DNA of 64,000 bases from assembly GCA_964409875.1 (NCBI GenBank), contig CAYPEN010000002.1, positions 142,607 to 206,606 of the forward strand. The letters are read 5' to 3'. A model generated the notes under the pieces. The model was not told the origin of the DNA, ran no database searches, and was given only the letters and a program-made list of their open reading frames with translations. Both the position numbers and the translations under genes were made by a program. Source of the DNA: an uncultured Gammaproteobacteria bacterium (GTDB lineage Bacteria; Patescibacteriota; Microgenomatia; Levybacterales; GWA1-39-11). Shown piece by piece: positions 9,772-19,370 of the stretch; the first letter of the stretch is position 1, and each line of letters starts with the position of its first letter.

Positions 9772-11523
9772 TTGCTAATAGGTTCATTTTTTTCGTACAA
9801 TCCAAGTATGAAGAAGTTCTTCCTTGTGCCAATCCTCCTTTTGCTCTTTACAAAGCAAACTTTTGCCTCAACCCTCAACCCCCAAACAGAACTTGAAACC
9901 CAAACCATGACAACAGTTAACAACAGTGTTGTCGGTGAAAGAGTAGAAGACTTCGATTCGAATATTCACATCAATAAAGACGGCTCAATTGCGGTTGTTG
10001 AGACTATTCGATACTTCTTCGACACCCCAAGACACGGAATATTCCGAAATATTCCGTTTACTAAATATGATAAGGGGAAACGGTACGATATCGACTTCAA
10101 ATTTGAGCCGGTCACGGACGAAACAGGGAAAAGGTACGAAGTATCACGGACCAAACAAGGAGAGCAATGGGTTTTGAAAATTGGTGATCCCGACGCAACT
10201 GTCTCAGGAAGACACACTTATATCATCTCTTACATTGCAAAAGGCGAATTGGGGTATTTTCCAGACCATGATGAGCTCTACTGGAATGTCACAGGAACTG
10301 CATGGGATGTTCCAATAAAAAAGGTTTATACCACGATAACTCTTCCAGAGAAATTAACCAGTGACAAGATACGGCTTGATTGCTTCACGGGAACATATGG
10401 GTCTACAAAAAAGAATTGCACAGGAACAAGCGACGGGTCTACAACAACAATTGAAACGACGTTATTTCTCAATTCAAACGAGGGTCTAACGATAGTTGAA
10501 GGGTTTCCTAAAGGAATTGTTGCAGTTTTAAAACCAACCGAATATATACCCTTTTTTGAGCGGTGGTACGGAAAAGTAACTCTTATGGCAATTGTCCTTC
10601 TTGCAATAGGCTGGTATATCATCTTGCCAATTTGGCTCATTATTCATTGGTATAAAAACGGACGCGACCCTTTTGTTGGAATTCCACTCACTGCCGGCTA
10701 CGAGGCACCAAAGGCCGGGAAAAGGAGTCTTACTCCTGCAGAAACGGGTACGCTTATCGATGAAACGGTACAAAATCGAGATATTTTTGCCTCAATTGTT
10801 GACCTTGCAAGACGCGGATATCTTCGTATTAATGAACCGGAGAAGAAGGATTTTTTTCTGGAACAACTGTCTCCATTAAAAACAAACGACATACTTCAGC
10901 CTTTCGAGAAGAAGCTTCTTGACGGAATTTTTGATGAAAGAAAACTCATCCGCCTCAAAGATACAAAACTCTACACAACAATCGGGGACGTCAAAAAACT
11001 TCTCTACCAGGACATGGTTGACTCCGAATACTTCAAAACAAACCCAAACACAACCAGAACTAAATATTATGCACTGGGAGGGTTAGCGCTTTTTACCATG
11101 AATTTTGTTCTTGCCTTTGCGGCATTCCTTTTTGGGAAAAATATGCCTAAGAAAACCGTAACCGGAGCACAGCAGGCACAAGTGGCCAGAAGCCTCAAGA
11201 ACTTTTTAACTAGCCAGGAAAGACAACTTGAGTTTCAGGCTGACAAACAGATGTTTTTTGAGAAGCTACTCCCCTTTGCGGTAGCATTTGGTGTCGAGAA
11301 AATCTGGGCAAAGAGGTTTGAGCAATTTAACCTAAAACAACCCGATTGGTATCAAGGGTATAATAATGGAACTTTTAATGCTGCGTTGTTTGCTTCAAGT
11401 CTTTCAAACTCATACAATAGTTTTTCTGTCTCATCAACCCCCCCCTCTTCATCTTCTTCATCGGGTTTTGGAGGAGGATTTTCCGGTGGCGGTGGAGGTG
11501 GAGGAGGCGGCGGCAGCTGGTAA
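9772..11523 (+). CDS. DUF2207-like membrane protein with Gly/Ser-rich C-terminal tail
   Basis: Signal peptide, then a large extracytoplasmic domain ('YIISYIAKGELGYF...LYWNVTG'), then TM helices. The C-terminal poly-Ser/poly-Gly run is read at 11440-11520. Confidence 0.55.
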   Translation: MLIGSFFSYNPSMKKFFLVPILLLLFTKQTFASTLNPQTELETQTMTTVNNSVVGERVEDFDSNIHINKDGSIAVVETIRYFFDTPRHGIFRNIPFTKYDKGKRYDIDFKFEPVTDETGKRYEVSRTKQGEQWVLKIGDPDATVSGRHTYIISYIAKGELGYFPDHDELYWNVTGTAWDVPIKKVYTTITLPEKLTSDKIRLDCFTGTYGSTKKNCTGTSDGSTTTIETTLFLNSNEGLTIVEGFPKGIVAVLKPTEYIPFFERWYGKVTLMAIVLLAIGWYIILPIWLIIHWYKNGRDPFVGIPLTAGYEAPKAGKRSLTPAETGTLIDETVQNRDIFASIVDLARRGYLRINEPEKKDFFLEQLSPLKTNDILQPFEKKLLDGIFDERKLIRLKDTKLYTTIGDVKKLLYQDMVDSEYFKTNPNTTRTKYYALGGLALFTMNFVLAFAAFLFGKNMPKKTVTGAQQAQVARSLKNFLTSQERQLEFQADKQMFFEKLLPFAVAFGVEKIWAKRFEQFNLKQPDWYQGYNNGTFNAALFASSLSNSYNSFSVSSTPPSSSSSSGFGGGFSGGGGGGGGGGSW

Positions 11524-11575
11524 ATTACTTCTTCTGCAGTCTAGCGTAGCCAAGATGCAAAAAACTTATCCAAAT

Positions 11576-13339
11576 TTACTTTTTTTGTAGCTTATATATT
11601 TCTTCCACCTCTTTTAAAGTCGTTGCATCGGTAGGCTTCTTGTCATCACGAAAACGCTCGAGCCTTGGAAAGCGCAATGCATATCCAGGAACGTCTACAT
11701 CAAAGGAAGAGCCACTTTTTGAAGGCTTTAACGTGCGCCCTGCAGTATGTACGGGGGAACGAGTCAATTCATCGGCTTTTATCTCAACCACAATTGACGG
11801 ATCAACCCATACATCAGGCTCGAGCCACTTGTCAACTTCGTAAAGAGCGGACATGTGTTTTGACTTAATCCCCTCTGCTCTCTTATGAAGCTCGCGCCAC
11901 TCATCATCCGTTAGCCCTGTCCCAATTTTAGCAATTGTCACGAATTTGTCTTGAGCCTCATCATATACCCCGATCAGAAACGCCCCCAATCCAAAAGATG
12001 TTCTCTTTCCTCTTCCCGCATAATATCCCATAACAACACAGTCAACCGTGTCATTCAATTTGGATTGGTAACTTCTCTTGAGCTTTATCCATGACCACCC
12101 TCTGGCTCCCGCTTGATATACTCCATCAAGCTTTTTTGCCAAAATCCCTTCAAGTCCTTCTGCTATGCATTTATCAAAGTAATTCTCGATCTCACGGCCG
12201 CTATCAAAAATCTTTTCTTCGGCAGGATAAAGAACAGTCCCCTCTTTTAGGAGGTTTGAAAATTCCTTTCTTCGCTCAACGTACGGCTTGGGAATCATAT
12301 TTTCCTCACTTAAATACAACACATCAAACACCATGTATTTGAGAGGGATTTTCCTGGCCATTTCTTCAATGTCATATTTTCTTTTCCTTTGAGACGTTAG
12401 CTGAAACGGGAGATACTCGTTTGTTTCCGGATTATATGCAATTGCTTCCCCCTCAAATATTGCGCTTTTTGCTTTTACCTGCTCCTTTATTCCCCTCTCA
12501 ACATCTGGATACATAAAAGTCACTTCTTCCAAATTGCGGGTGAACAGTTTCACATTTCCATTCTCATAGTGTGCCTGAAGTCTAAATCCGTCAAACTTCG
12601 GCTCGACTGCACACTTTCCGATTTTGTCAATTATTTCCTGTCCGGACGAAAGCCGTTCTGCGCGGGCCATAAGTATGGGGGTTCCAAATGCGGGTTTTGC
12701 CTTCTCAATTCCTTTTATCCCCTCCTCTTTTATGACTTTCCCGATGTATCCTAAGTCAGGCCTGATGTTATATGCCCTTTCGATTATAGGACGAAGACTT
12801 TTATCTTTTTGCAGCATCCAGGAAAGGCTGTCAAGAACGGTCATATCGGAAAATCCAAGCCTTAATTTTGCAACAGGAATTCTTGCGATATATCGGCATG
12901 AAAGAGGATCTGCCGATTTAAGCAAATTTGATAGTGTTACAATTTTTTTATCAACACTACCGACTCCACTTATGTTTGCAATCTTTTCCAATTCGTCAAA
13001 TGCATCAGAAATTGTCACATTACTGTGCCCTTTGCCAGCCTTCCCTGCCATTGCCTCTGCAATTTCTCCAATATCCCCGACTTTTTTAAACTCCGCTAAA
13101 ACTTCTTTTTCGTCTATCTCATATGCAAAAGCAAGCGCCTTCACGATCATCTTATCGGCCATTCCAAATTCTAGGGGAACATAAAGGGGCGCTACTCTTC
13201 CCTGCAGCAAATACATAACTTTATCAAAAACCTCAGCATGTACTTTTTCAAAAAGTTCTGACAGAATTAGCACCATATCGTTTCTGGATGTGGTAGTTTC
13301 TAATTTCAGCAAATAAATGGAAAGTTCTTTAAATGTCAT
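11576..13339 (-). CDS. ATP-dependent DNA ligase (archaeal/eukaryotic Lig I-like)
   Basis: Motif I 'EPKFDGFRLQ' (KxDG). The adenylation and OB domain motifs include 'ILAKKLDGVYQAG..RGWSWIKLK'. Confidence 0.85.
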   Translation of the reverse strand: MTFKELSIYLLKLETTTSRNDMVLILSELFEKVHAEVFDKVMYLLQGRVAPLYVPLEFGMADKMIVKALAFAYEIDEKEVLAEFKKVGDIGEIAEAMAGKAGKGHSNVTISDAFDELEKIANISGVGSVDKKIVTLSNLLKSADPLSCRYIARIPVAKLRLGFSDMTVLDSLSWMLQKDKSLRPIIERAYNIRPDLGYIGKVIKEEGIKGIEKAKPAFGTPILMARAERLSSGQEIIDKIGKCAVEPKFDGFRLQAHYENGNVKLFTRNLEEVTFMYPDVERGIKEQVKAKSAIFEGEAIAYNPETNEYLPFQLTSQRKRKYDIEEMARKIPLKYMVFDVLYLSEENMIPKPYVERRKEFSNLLKEGTVLYPAEEKIFDSGREIENYFDKCIAEGLEGILAKKLDGVYQAGARGWSWIKLKRSYQSKLNDTVDCVVMGYYAGRGKRTSFGLGAFLIGVYDEAQDKFVTIAKIGTGLTDDEWRELHKRAEGIKSKHMSALYEVDKWLEPDVWVDPSIVVEIKADELTRSPVHTAGRTLKPSKSGSSFDVDVPGYALRFPRLERFRDDKKPTDATTLKEVEEIYKLQKK

Positions 13340-13848
13340 GCCTTTTGCGGTTTTTCATTGAAAGCTGCTTTCAATTGATTATGTTCTTTATCTATGTCTA
13401 CTGATAAATACGGGTCCGTTGAAACAATTTCTTCAGTCGCGCTTAGATCCACTCTTCCACCCTGAGCATTATATACATCAACAGGCCATTCGCCGGCAGT
13501 TCCTTTTTGGTCTGGGTTGTAAGAAGGAAGACCGATTTTCATTTTAAAATTCACAAATTCTCTCCATCGCTCTTGTGGGATAAATAAAGGGAATTGTGGC
13601 ACCAAGCCTTGTGATCTTCTTCTGTTCAATGCGGTTATTTGCTCTTCGGTTGGAGTCCCATTAATCCCCATCGGAGTAAGAAAATATGTCAAAAATTTTG
13701 GGTCCTCAATCAATTGGGGAAGCGAATCGGTATTCACAACCGTACCTTTGTAGTCAGTCGAACTACCCAAAAAGAAGTGATGCTCCGCCGGAGTTAAATC
13801 TCTCCCCATGTTTAAAACTTCTTTCTGCTCAATATCCAATTGCTCCAT
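13336..13848 (-). CDS. Hypothetical protein, translationally coupled to the ligase gene
   Basis: 170-aa ORF whose stop overlaps the ligase start (ATGA). No known motif. Confidence 0.4.
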   Translation of the reverse strand: MEQLDIEQKEVLNMGRDLTPAEHHFFLGSSTDYKGTVVNTDSLPQLIEDPKFLTYFLTPMGINGTPTEEQITALNRRRSQGLVPQFPLFIPQERWREFVNFKMKIGLPSYNPDQKGTAGEWPVDVYNAQGGRVDLSATEEIVSTDPYLSVDIDKEHNQLKAAFNEKPQKA

Positions 13849-13861
13849 ATGTTTGTAGTAA

Positions 13862-14896
13862 TTATGCCATTAAGTATTTAACGCCCTTTGTCTTACCGCG
13901 TTTTACGATTATACCTTTTTTTACCAAATCCTGTACCTCACGAAGCGCAGTATCTTCTGAAACATCAGGAAAAAGGGAGGCAAACACTTTGTTCTCTAAA
14001 TATCCAACTTCTTGTATGTATTCTATAACCTTAAGTTGCCGTTCCGTCAACATGACCGGCGCTCCCCCTAACTTTTCCTTCAACTTATTGTCAATTGAAA
14101 TGTGCTCGATTTTTTCTTTAATTTTTGAAAGTTCTATGGCAAGACAAGATGTAAAATATTCAAGCCAATTCGTTACGTCTCCGTTATTGATGGCAACACT
14201 TTGCAGCGCTTTGTAGTATTCCTCTGCATTCCTGTCAAAATGCTCCTCAAGGGAGAAAAATTCCCGGATATCATACCCCTCAGCAAAAAGCACGAGCATT
14301 GACAGCGCTCTTCCTACCCTTCCGTTCCCATCCAAAAAAGGATGAATTCTGACAAATTCGTAGTGCACAATACCTGATTTAAGAACCGGATGCAATTCTT
14401 TCTCATCATGAATAAAATCGATAAGATCTTTCATCTGCCATTCGACCTCAACAGAACGCGGAGGACGGAAAGAGACTTCTCCCGTAATACTATTTCTTAT
14501 TACGACCTCTTTCTGCCGGTATTTGCCCGCAGAATCATCATCCAATATTTTCTCGACGGTCAATTTATGAAGATTTAATATCGTATCCTCATCAATTGCC
14601 ACATCCTTCTTCTTGCCAATAAACTCAATAACTTTTCTGTAGTTGATGATTTCCTGGACATCACGGTCGCGCGCAACAATCCTCTCGCCATCAAGCACTT
14701 TTTGGACTTGAATAAGCGACAATTCATTTCCTTCAATGTGAGTTCCATAATGGGTAGTACGAAGTATTGCCTCATCTTGGAATTTTTTCTCCCAATAAGG
14801 TAGAAGTGGTGCGTGCTCTATCACTTCTTTTGCCGCTTCAATTTCTCCGATATTTTTAAGAATTTTGTTGGTGATAATAAAATCGGGTCTATACAT
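13862..14896 (-). CDS. Fic-family protein (class II, self-inhibited) with C-terminal winged-helix
   Basis: Canonical Fic motif 'HPFLDGNGRVGR'. The N-terminal 'THYGTHIEGNELS' matches the (S/T)xxxE(G/N) inhibitory helix. Confidence 0.85.
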   Translation of the reverse strand: MYRPDFIITNKILKNIGEIEAAKEVIEHAPLLPYWEKKFQDEAILRTTHYGTHIEGNELSLIQVQKVLDGERIVARDRDVQEIINYRKVIEFIGKKKDVAIDEDTILNLHKLTVEKILDDDSAGKYRQKEVVIRNSITGEVSFRPPRSVEVEWQMKDLIDFIHDEKELHPVLKSGIVHYEFVRIHPFLDGNGRVGRALSMLVLFAEGYDIREFFSLEEHFDRNAEEYYKALQSVAINNGDVTNWLEYFTSCLAIELSKIKEKIEHISIDNKLKEKLGGAPVMLTERQLKVIEYIQEVGYLENKVFASLFPDVSEDTALREVQDLVKKGIIVKRGKTKGVKYLMA

Positions 14897-14986
14897 ACGT
14901 GTCTAAATGAAACAGCGGTAATAGTGCGTTAATTATGCGGTAATCAGATTCATTTGTCAATTGCTTTAGCGTGATATAATAGCTTA

Positions 14987-15268
14987 ATGGCAAAACTTGA
15001 TACCAAAGAGAATTTACGTCTCTCAATTGAAATTATCCGGCAGATGCTAACTCTTGCCACAGCCGGCTTTGGTCTCGTTGCCGCCCTAGCCTGGAATAGC
15101 CTCATCCAGACAATAGTTGATGACTACATCAAAAAATGGCTTCCGACAGGCGGGAAATTGTCATCTCTTATTATTTATGCCGTAGTAGTAACCGTCTTGG
15201 CTGTTTTTGTCACCTACCAGCTCTCAAAAATTCTTCGTCGACTGGAAGCCAGAAACGAAAAGAAATAA
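14987..15268 (+). CDS. Small membrane protein, hypothetical
   Basis: 93 aa with one or two TM helices, upstream of recF. Confidence 0.35.
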   Translation: MAKLDTKENLRLSIEIIRQMLTLATAGFGLVAALAWNSLIQTIVDDYIKKWLPTGGKLSSLIIYAVVVTVLAVFVTYQLSKILRRLEARNEKK

Positions 15269-15304
15269 ACTCACGACTCCACTTGTGATATATTAGCTCA
15301 CATA

Positions 15305-16360
15305 ATGTCTCTTGTTTCATTGCGTCTTAAACATTTTAGAAATCATAAAAACTCTCAGTTTGATTTTCCTCTTACCACAGTTATTATCGGAAAAAACACC
15401 GTTGGTAAAACTTCCATTCTTGAAGCCATTCAATTTCTTTCTCATGGTAAGAGCTTCAAAGCAGAGCGTGATTTTGATGCAATATCAGAAGAGGCAGATT
15501 TTGCCAGAATTGAGGCTGAAATTGAAGGAGGTGAAGGCAAAGATCACCTTACCGTTATTTTAGGTAAAACTGAAAACCGCTTCTCGAAAAAATTTCTGGT
15601 CAACAATGTCGCCCGCCGCCAAGTGGATTTTACTTCCCGCTTTTTATCGGTGCTTTTTACCCCTGAAGACTTGGAAATAATCACCGACTCCCCTTCTTTA
15701 CGGAGAAACTACGTCAACTCTGTCCTTTGCCAAACTGACAAAAAATACAGAATTTCCCTTGGTATTTATGAGAAGGCGCTCAAACACCGGAACCGGATGC
15801 TCTACCTTTTGCGTGAGGGGAAAAAGTACTTTAACGACGGTGATTTTGAGTACTGGGACAATATTTTAATTCAAAACGGAGGTATTTTGACAGAGGAAAG
15901 AGAAAAGTTTGTGGAGTTTATAAACAACTCAAATAAGGAAGTTTTTGATTTTGATATTTTTTATGACAAAAGCACGATAACGCGTGAGCGGTTAGATAAG
16001 TATTATGAGGCAGAACGCGCCTCTGCTACCACGCTCGTTGGCCCGAACCGGGATGACTTTTTCTTCCGTTTTCCCAATACCGAAAAACCCATCGCCGAAT
16101 TCGGTTCTCGCGGTGAACAACGGCTCACTATATTCCAAATGAAAATTTTGGAGACTTTTTTTATAAAAGAACTGACCGGACAGACTCCCACACTTTTACT
16201 GGATGACATTTTCTCAGAGCTTGATAACACAAATATTCACCGGGTCCTAGACCTTTTGCCTCAACAGCAAACAATTTTGACAACCACCCACAAAGAATTC
16301 GTCCCGGAAAAGATATTGAAAAAAGAAAATGTTGCAATTATCGAACTACAACTTCCTTAA
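15305..16360 (+). CDS. recF: DNA replication and repair protein RecF
   Basis: Walker A 'GKNTVGKTSILEAI'. ABC-ATPase signature region and 'LLLDDIFSELD' Walker B. Confidence 0.8.
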   Translation: MSLVSLRLKHFRNHKNSQFDFPLTTVIIGKNTVGKTSILEAIQFLSHGKSFKAERDFDAISEEADFARIEAEIEGGEGKDHLTVILGKTENRFSKKFLVNNVARRQVDFTSRFLSVLFTPEDLEIITDSPSLRRNYVNSVLCQTDKKYRISLGIYEKALKHRNRMLYLLREGKKYFNDGDFEYWDNILIQNGGILTEEREKFVEFINNSNKEVFDFDIFYDKSTITRERLDKYYEAERASATTLVGPNRDDFFFRFPNTEKPIAEFGSRGEQRLTIFQMKILETFFIKELTGQTPTLLLDDIFSELDNTNIHRVLDLLPQQQTILTTTHKEFVPEKILKKENVAIIELQLP

Positions 16361-17159
16361 GAGCCTTCGGTATCTCATCGGCCAGATCCGAAGCATTAAA
16401 ATAGTAACCCACTTTTCCAAACAACGAATCTCCTGCTTTTTTATTGATATAAGATGCTGCACAAGCCGACAAAAAAGCGTCGTTTTTGGCATACAAAGCA
16501 GCCGTTAACCCTGCAAGTACGTCCCCTGTTCCGCCTTTGGTCATGCCACTATTTCCTCCCCGTATGACAACCGTTTCAGTTGGAGAACTTATGATATCTT
16601 GTTCTCCTTTTGAGAGGATTACGACATTATATTTTCGAGCCATTTCACTCACCGTCTCTTCATTGGCCTCTACCCCAAAGAGTTTTTGGAATTCACCTTT
16701 GTGGGGGGTGATTACTGCAGTCGATGGAAGCATTTCAGGTGAGATTGTTTGCAAGCTACCACCGTCAACCACCCATTTCTTATCACTGTATTTCCTGATT
16801 AAACTTTCAGTCAGAACTTTTGTGTCGTCGTCCCCCTCACGTATCCCTTCTTCGCGGGGCATTCCAGGCCCGATAAGAATACAATCCGCCTCAGAAATAT
16901 AACTATCGATATTCTCTCTGGGTATAACTATTCCATTCAGGAACTGTTCTTTCATTTTAAGAACTAGCTCATTGTTCTCGACAACTGATGCGTAAAATAC
17001 CATATCAACCATACGCGAAATAACAGTTAGCGGCCAGATGCTTGCAGCATGAAAAAGTTTTGAACCTGCAATTAGCATTACCTTGCCATTTTGGCCTTTA
17101 TGGGAGGATGCGGAGGGAATATACAAAGATGAAAGACGTGAGGGGTCAAATTCATGCAT
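16338..17159 (-). CDS. nnrD: ADP-dependent NAD(P)H-hydrate dehydratase (YjeF C-terminal domain)
   Basis: Carries 'MLIAGSKLFHAASIW' and 'GGNSGMTKGGTGDVLAGL'. Confidence 0.75.
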   Translation of the reverse strand: MHEFDPSRLSSLYIPSASSHKGQNGKVMLIAGSKLFHAASIWPLTVISRMVDMVFYASVVENNELVLKMKEQFLNGIVIPRENIDSYISEADCILIGPGMPREEGIREGDDDTKVLTESLIRKYSDKKWVVDGGSLQTISPEMLPSTAVITPHKGEFQKLFGVEANEETVSEMARKYNVVILSKGEQDIISSPTETVVIRGGNSGMTKGGTGDVLAGLTAALYAKNDAFLSACAASYINKKAGDSLFGKVGYYFNASDLADEIPKALKEVVVR

Positions 17160-17188
17160 ACAGCTAGTGTACTACAAATATGGCTAAT

Positions 17189-17899
17189 TTACGCGCCTTC
17201 GATTACCGTACCCACGAATTCTTTGCCGTCAAGATAATTCTGAAGATTATCCAAATTCTTACCATTTAGAATAACCGTCGTAAGACCTAATTCCTGGGAA
17301 TTCTTAGCTGCAATTGGGTCAAAAGGGGCATTCATGCCCGGAACCCATTTATCTCCCACGAGTTCACGAAATTCTGGCCACGTTGCTTTTTCAATCGGTT
17401 TTGCATCAGGAAATTCTTTCGGGTCTTTTTCATACACTTTATCAATGTTACTCATATTAATGATTTTGGTAACACTATAATCATCACAAACAAGAGTCGC
17501 GCAAAAGTCTGTTGACCATCCCGGCTTCCAGCCAGCTGCAACTACAACCGGTTCATCGACTTTTCTGATGATTTCGTAGTGCTTCAAAATATGAGGATGA
17601 GCAATATCGCGAAAAATGGTTCTGATAAGCTGGGCATTAAGCCTAGTCGCATGGATACCGAGCCAATCCAAATCTTCTGGAGTAAGCTCATGACCCAATA
17701 CTTTCTCTCCTGCATCCCGATAGTGTCTCGCAATGGTACCTCCACCAACAACGATAAAGAACTGTCTCTCAGGATTATCTTTTATGCTTTGTCTAATGAA
17801 TTTATTGAAGTTGGAGAGGAAGTCAACGTTGATACCACCTTCCGGAACAACAAGTGAGCCGCCGAGGGAAAGAACGATTTTGTCTTTATTGCTGCTCAT
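17189..17899 (-). CDS. pyrH: Amino-acid-kinase-fold protein, probable archaeal-type UMP kinase
   Basis: 'KIVLSLGGS' N-terminal kinase motif. ~235 aa, the size of archaeal-type PyrH. The start is taken at the internal Met 'MSSNKDK'. Confidence 0.55.
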   Translation of the reverse strand: MSSNKDKIVLSLGGSLVVPEGGINVDFLSNFNKFIRQSIKDNPERQFFIVVGGGTIARHYRDAGEKVLGHELTPEDLDWLGIHATRLNAQLIRTIFRDIAHPHILKHYEIIRKVDEPVVVAAGWKPGWSTDFCATLVCDDYSVTKIINMSNIDKVYEKDPKEFPDAKPIEKATWPEFRELVGDKWVPGMNAPFDPIAAKNSQELGLTTVILNGKNLDNLQNYLDGKEFVGTVIEGA

Positions 17900-18051
17900 A
17901 TCAACCCGCAAAAAAACAGGTCATAAAACCTGTTGTGGCATTTTACTTTTTGTTACTATACCAAAAAATTAGCTTAATAACAACAATATTTTGTAAGTTA
18001 CCCACAAGAAACGGCTTGACATATAAATTAAAATCTGGCATATTTGGTCAT

Positions 18052-18831
18052 ATGCCAACAAGAAAGACTTCTCAAAAAGCAACTATTGGAAGCATTATAA
18101 TGAATACTCCACTTCAAACAATAGGAACAAAGGTTGTGTATGTACTACTTCTTGTCGCATTTCTTGTTATCGGATATCTTTTTGGCAAGGTTGAAGCACT
18201 CCAAAAAGGTCTTGGCACAACTGCTGCAGTTCCGACTACAGCTCCGGCCCAGCAACCTCAAGCTCCTACCGCTCCAAATCCTGACGATGCCAAGAAAAAA
18301 TTATCAACCGCTCGGCTTCCAATCAAAGGGAATGCAAATGCAAAAGTAAAAATTGTTGAATTTGCCGATTTTCGATGTCCCTTCTGCGAAAAAGTATTTA
18401 CCGACAGTGAACAACAATTATTTAAGGATTACGTAGATACGGGCAAAGCAAGTTTTGAATTCAGACATTATGCTTTCCTTGGTCCAGCGTCAACGGTTGC
18501 GGCAAATGCGGCAGAATGCGCCAATGAACAGGGTAAATTCTGGGATTACTATGAATGGCTCTACAAAAATCAACCACCGGAAACCGATACTTCAATGTAT
18601 GTTACCGATAAATTAGCTCAGGCTGCAGGCACATTAGGCATGGATACTACACAATTTACCTCATGCCTTGACAGCAAAAAGTATGACAAGAACGTCAATG
18701 ACGATTTGGCTTTAGGCCAAGCCGTGGGAGTTTCAGGCACACCAACCTTTTATATAAACGGGACCCAACTCGTCGGTGCCCAACCATATGAGTCTATAAA
18801 GGCAGTTATCGAACAGGAACTCAAAAAATAA
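18052..18831 (+). CDS. DsbA-like thiol:disulfide oxidoreductase with N-terminal TM anchor
   Basis: CxxC motif 'FRCPFCEK' in a thioredoxin fold, with a TM segment near the N-terminus. Start chosen at the Met at 18052 (alternative 18100). The ORF-track start at 17854 would overlap pyrH. Confidence 0.7.
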   Translation: MPTRKTSQKATIGSIIMNTPLQTIGTKVVYVLLLVAFLVIGYLFGKVEALQKGLGTTAAVPTTAPAQQPQAPTAPNPDDAKKKLSTARLPIKGNANAKVKIVEFADFRCPFCEKVFTDSEQQLFKDYVDTGKASFEFRHYAFLGPASTVAANAAECANEQGKFWDYYEWLYKNQPPETDTSMYVTDKLAQAAGTLGMDTTQFTSCLDSKKYDKNVNDDLALGQAVGVSGTPTFYINGTQLVGAQPYESIKAVIEQELKK

Positions 18832-18839
18832 AACCCTCT

Positions 18840-19370
18840 GTGAGCCATCCACTGTTCCTCTTAAGAATTCTCCTTCAGGAAGCAAGAGAAAGGCAATTTT
18901 TAGTAAAATCAATTTTATTCGGCGTATTTTATCTTGTTGTAGCGCTCATATTTTTTAACTTCAAAACTTACGAAAGTGTACTATCGCAAACATATCCATT
19001 TAATTCAAAATTATGGATTTCATATCTTCTTTTTATTGGAACATTTGGCATATTAGGAGTACGCGATTCCATTTTTATCCTCGTTATATCACTTCTTTTC
19101 GGCCTCAACCTGGAACTTGTATTGAGAAAATTAAAGTTTTTGAGGAATCAGGGTAATCTGCATATTACTATCGGCGCTGGAATTGTTTCCTTAATCTCTG
19201 CCGGTTGCGCAGCCTGCGGACTCTCATTTGCCTCGGTTATTGGAGTAGCAAGCATCGTTACACTGCTCCCCTTTCACGGGCTGCTTCTCTACCTTCTTTC
19301 AATTCTTATTCTATTTCTCTCTCTTCTCTATAATCTCCAAACGTTGGTGAAAGTATGTAAAATTAAATAA
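18840..19370 (+). CDS. Polytopic membrane protein with intramembrane CxxC ('AGCAACG')
   Basis: 176 aa with four or five predicted TM segments and a Cys-Ala-Ala-Cys in a hydrophobic helix. It lies 9 nt downstream of the DsbA-like gene. Confidence 0.4.
   Translation: MSHPLFLLRILLQEARERQFLVKSILFGVFYLVVALIFFNFKTYESVLSQTYPFNSKLWISYLLFIGTFGILGVRDSIFILVISLLFGLNLELVLRKLKFLRNQGNLHITIGAGIVSLISAGCAACGLSFASVIGVASIVTLLPFHGLLLYLLSILILFLSLLYNLQTLVKVCKIK

Noticed and set aside
11440-11523. GC-rich ggtggcggtggaggtggaggaggc low-complexity run
   Set aside because: It encodes the poly-Ser/poly-Gly C-terminal tail of the DUF2207-like protein and is not a separate element.
17854-18051. Upstream extension of the DsbA-like ORF (start at 17854)
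   Set aside because: It would overlap the end of the pyrH-like gene on the opposite strand by ~50 bp and encodes a Cys/Tyr-rich non-signal-like peptide. Internal Mets at 18052 or 18100 precede the TM anchor and are more plausible.
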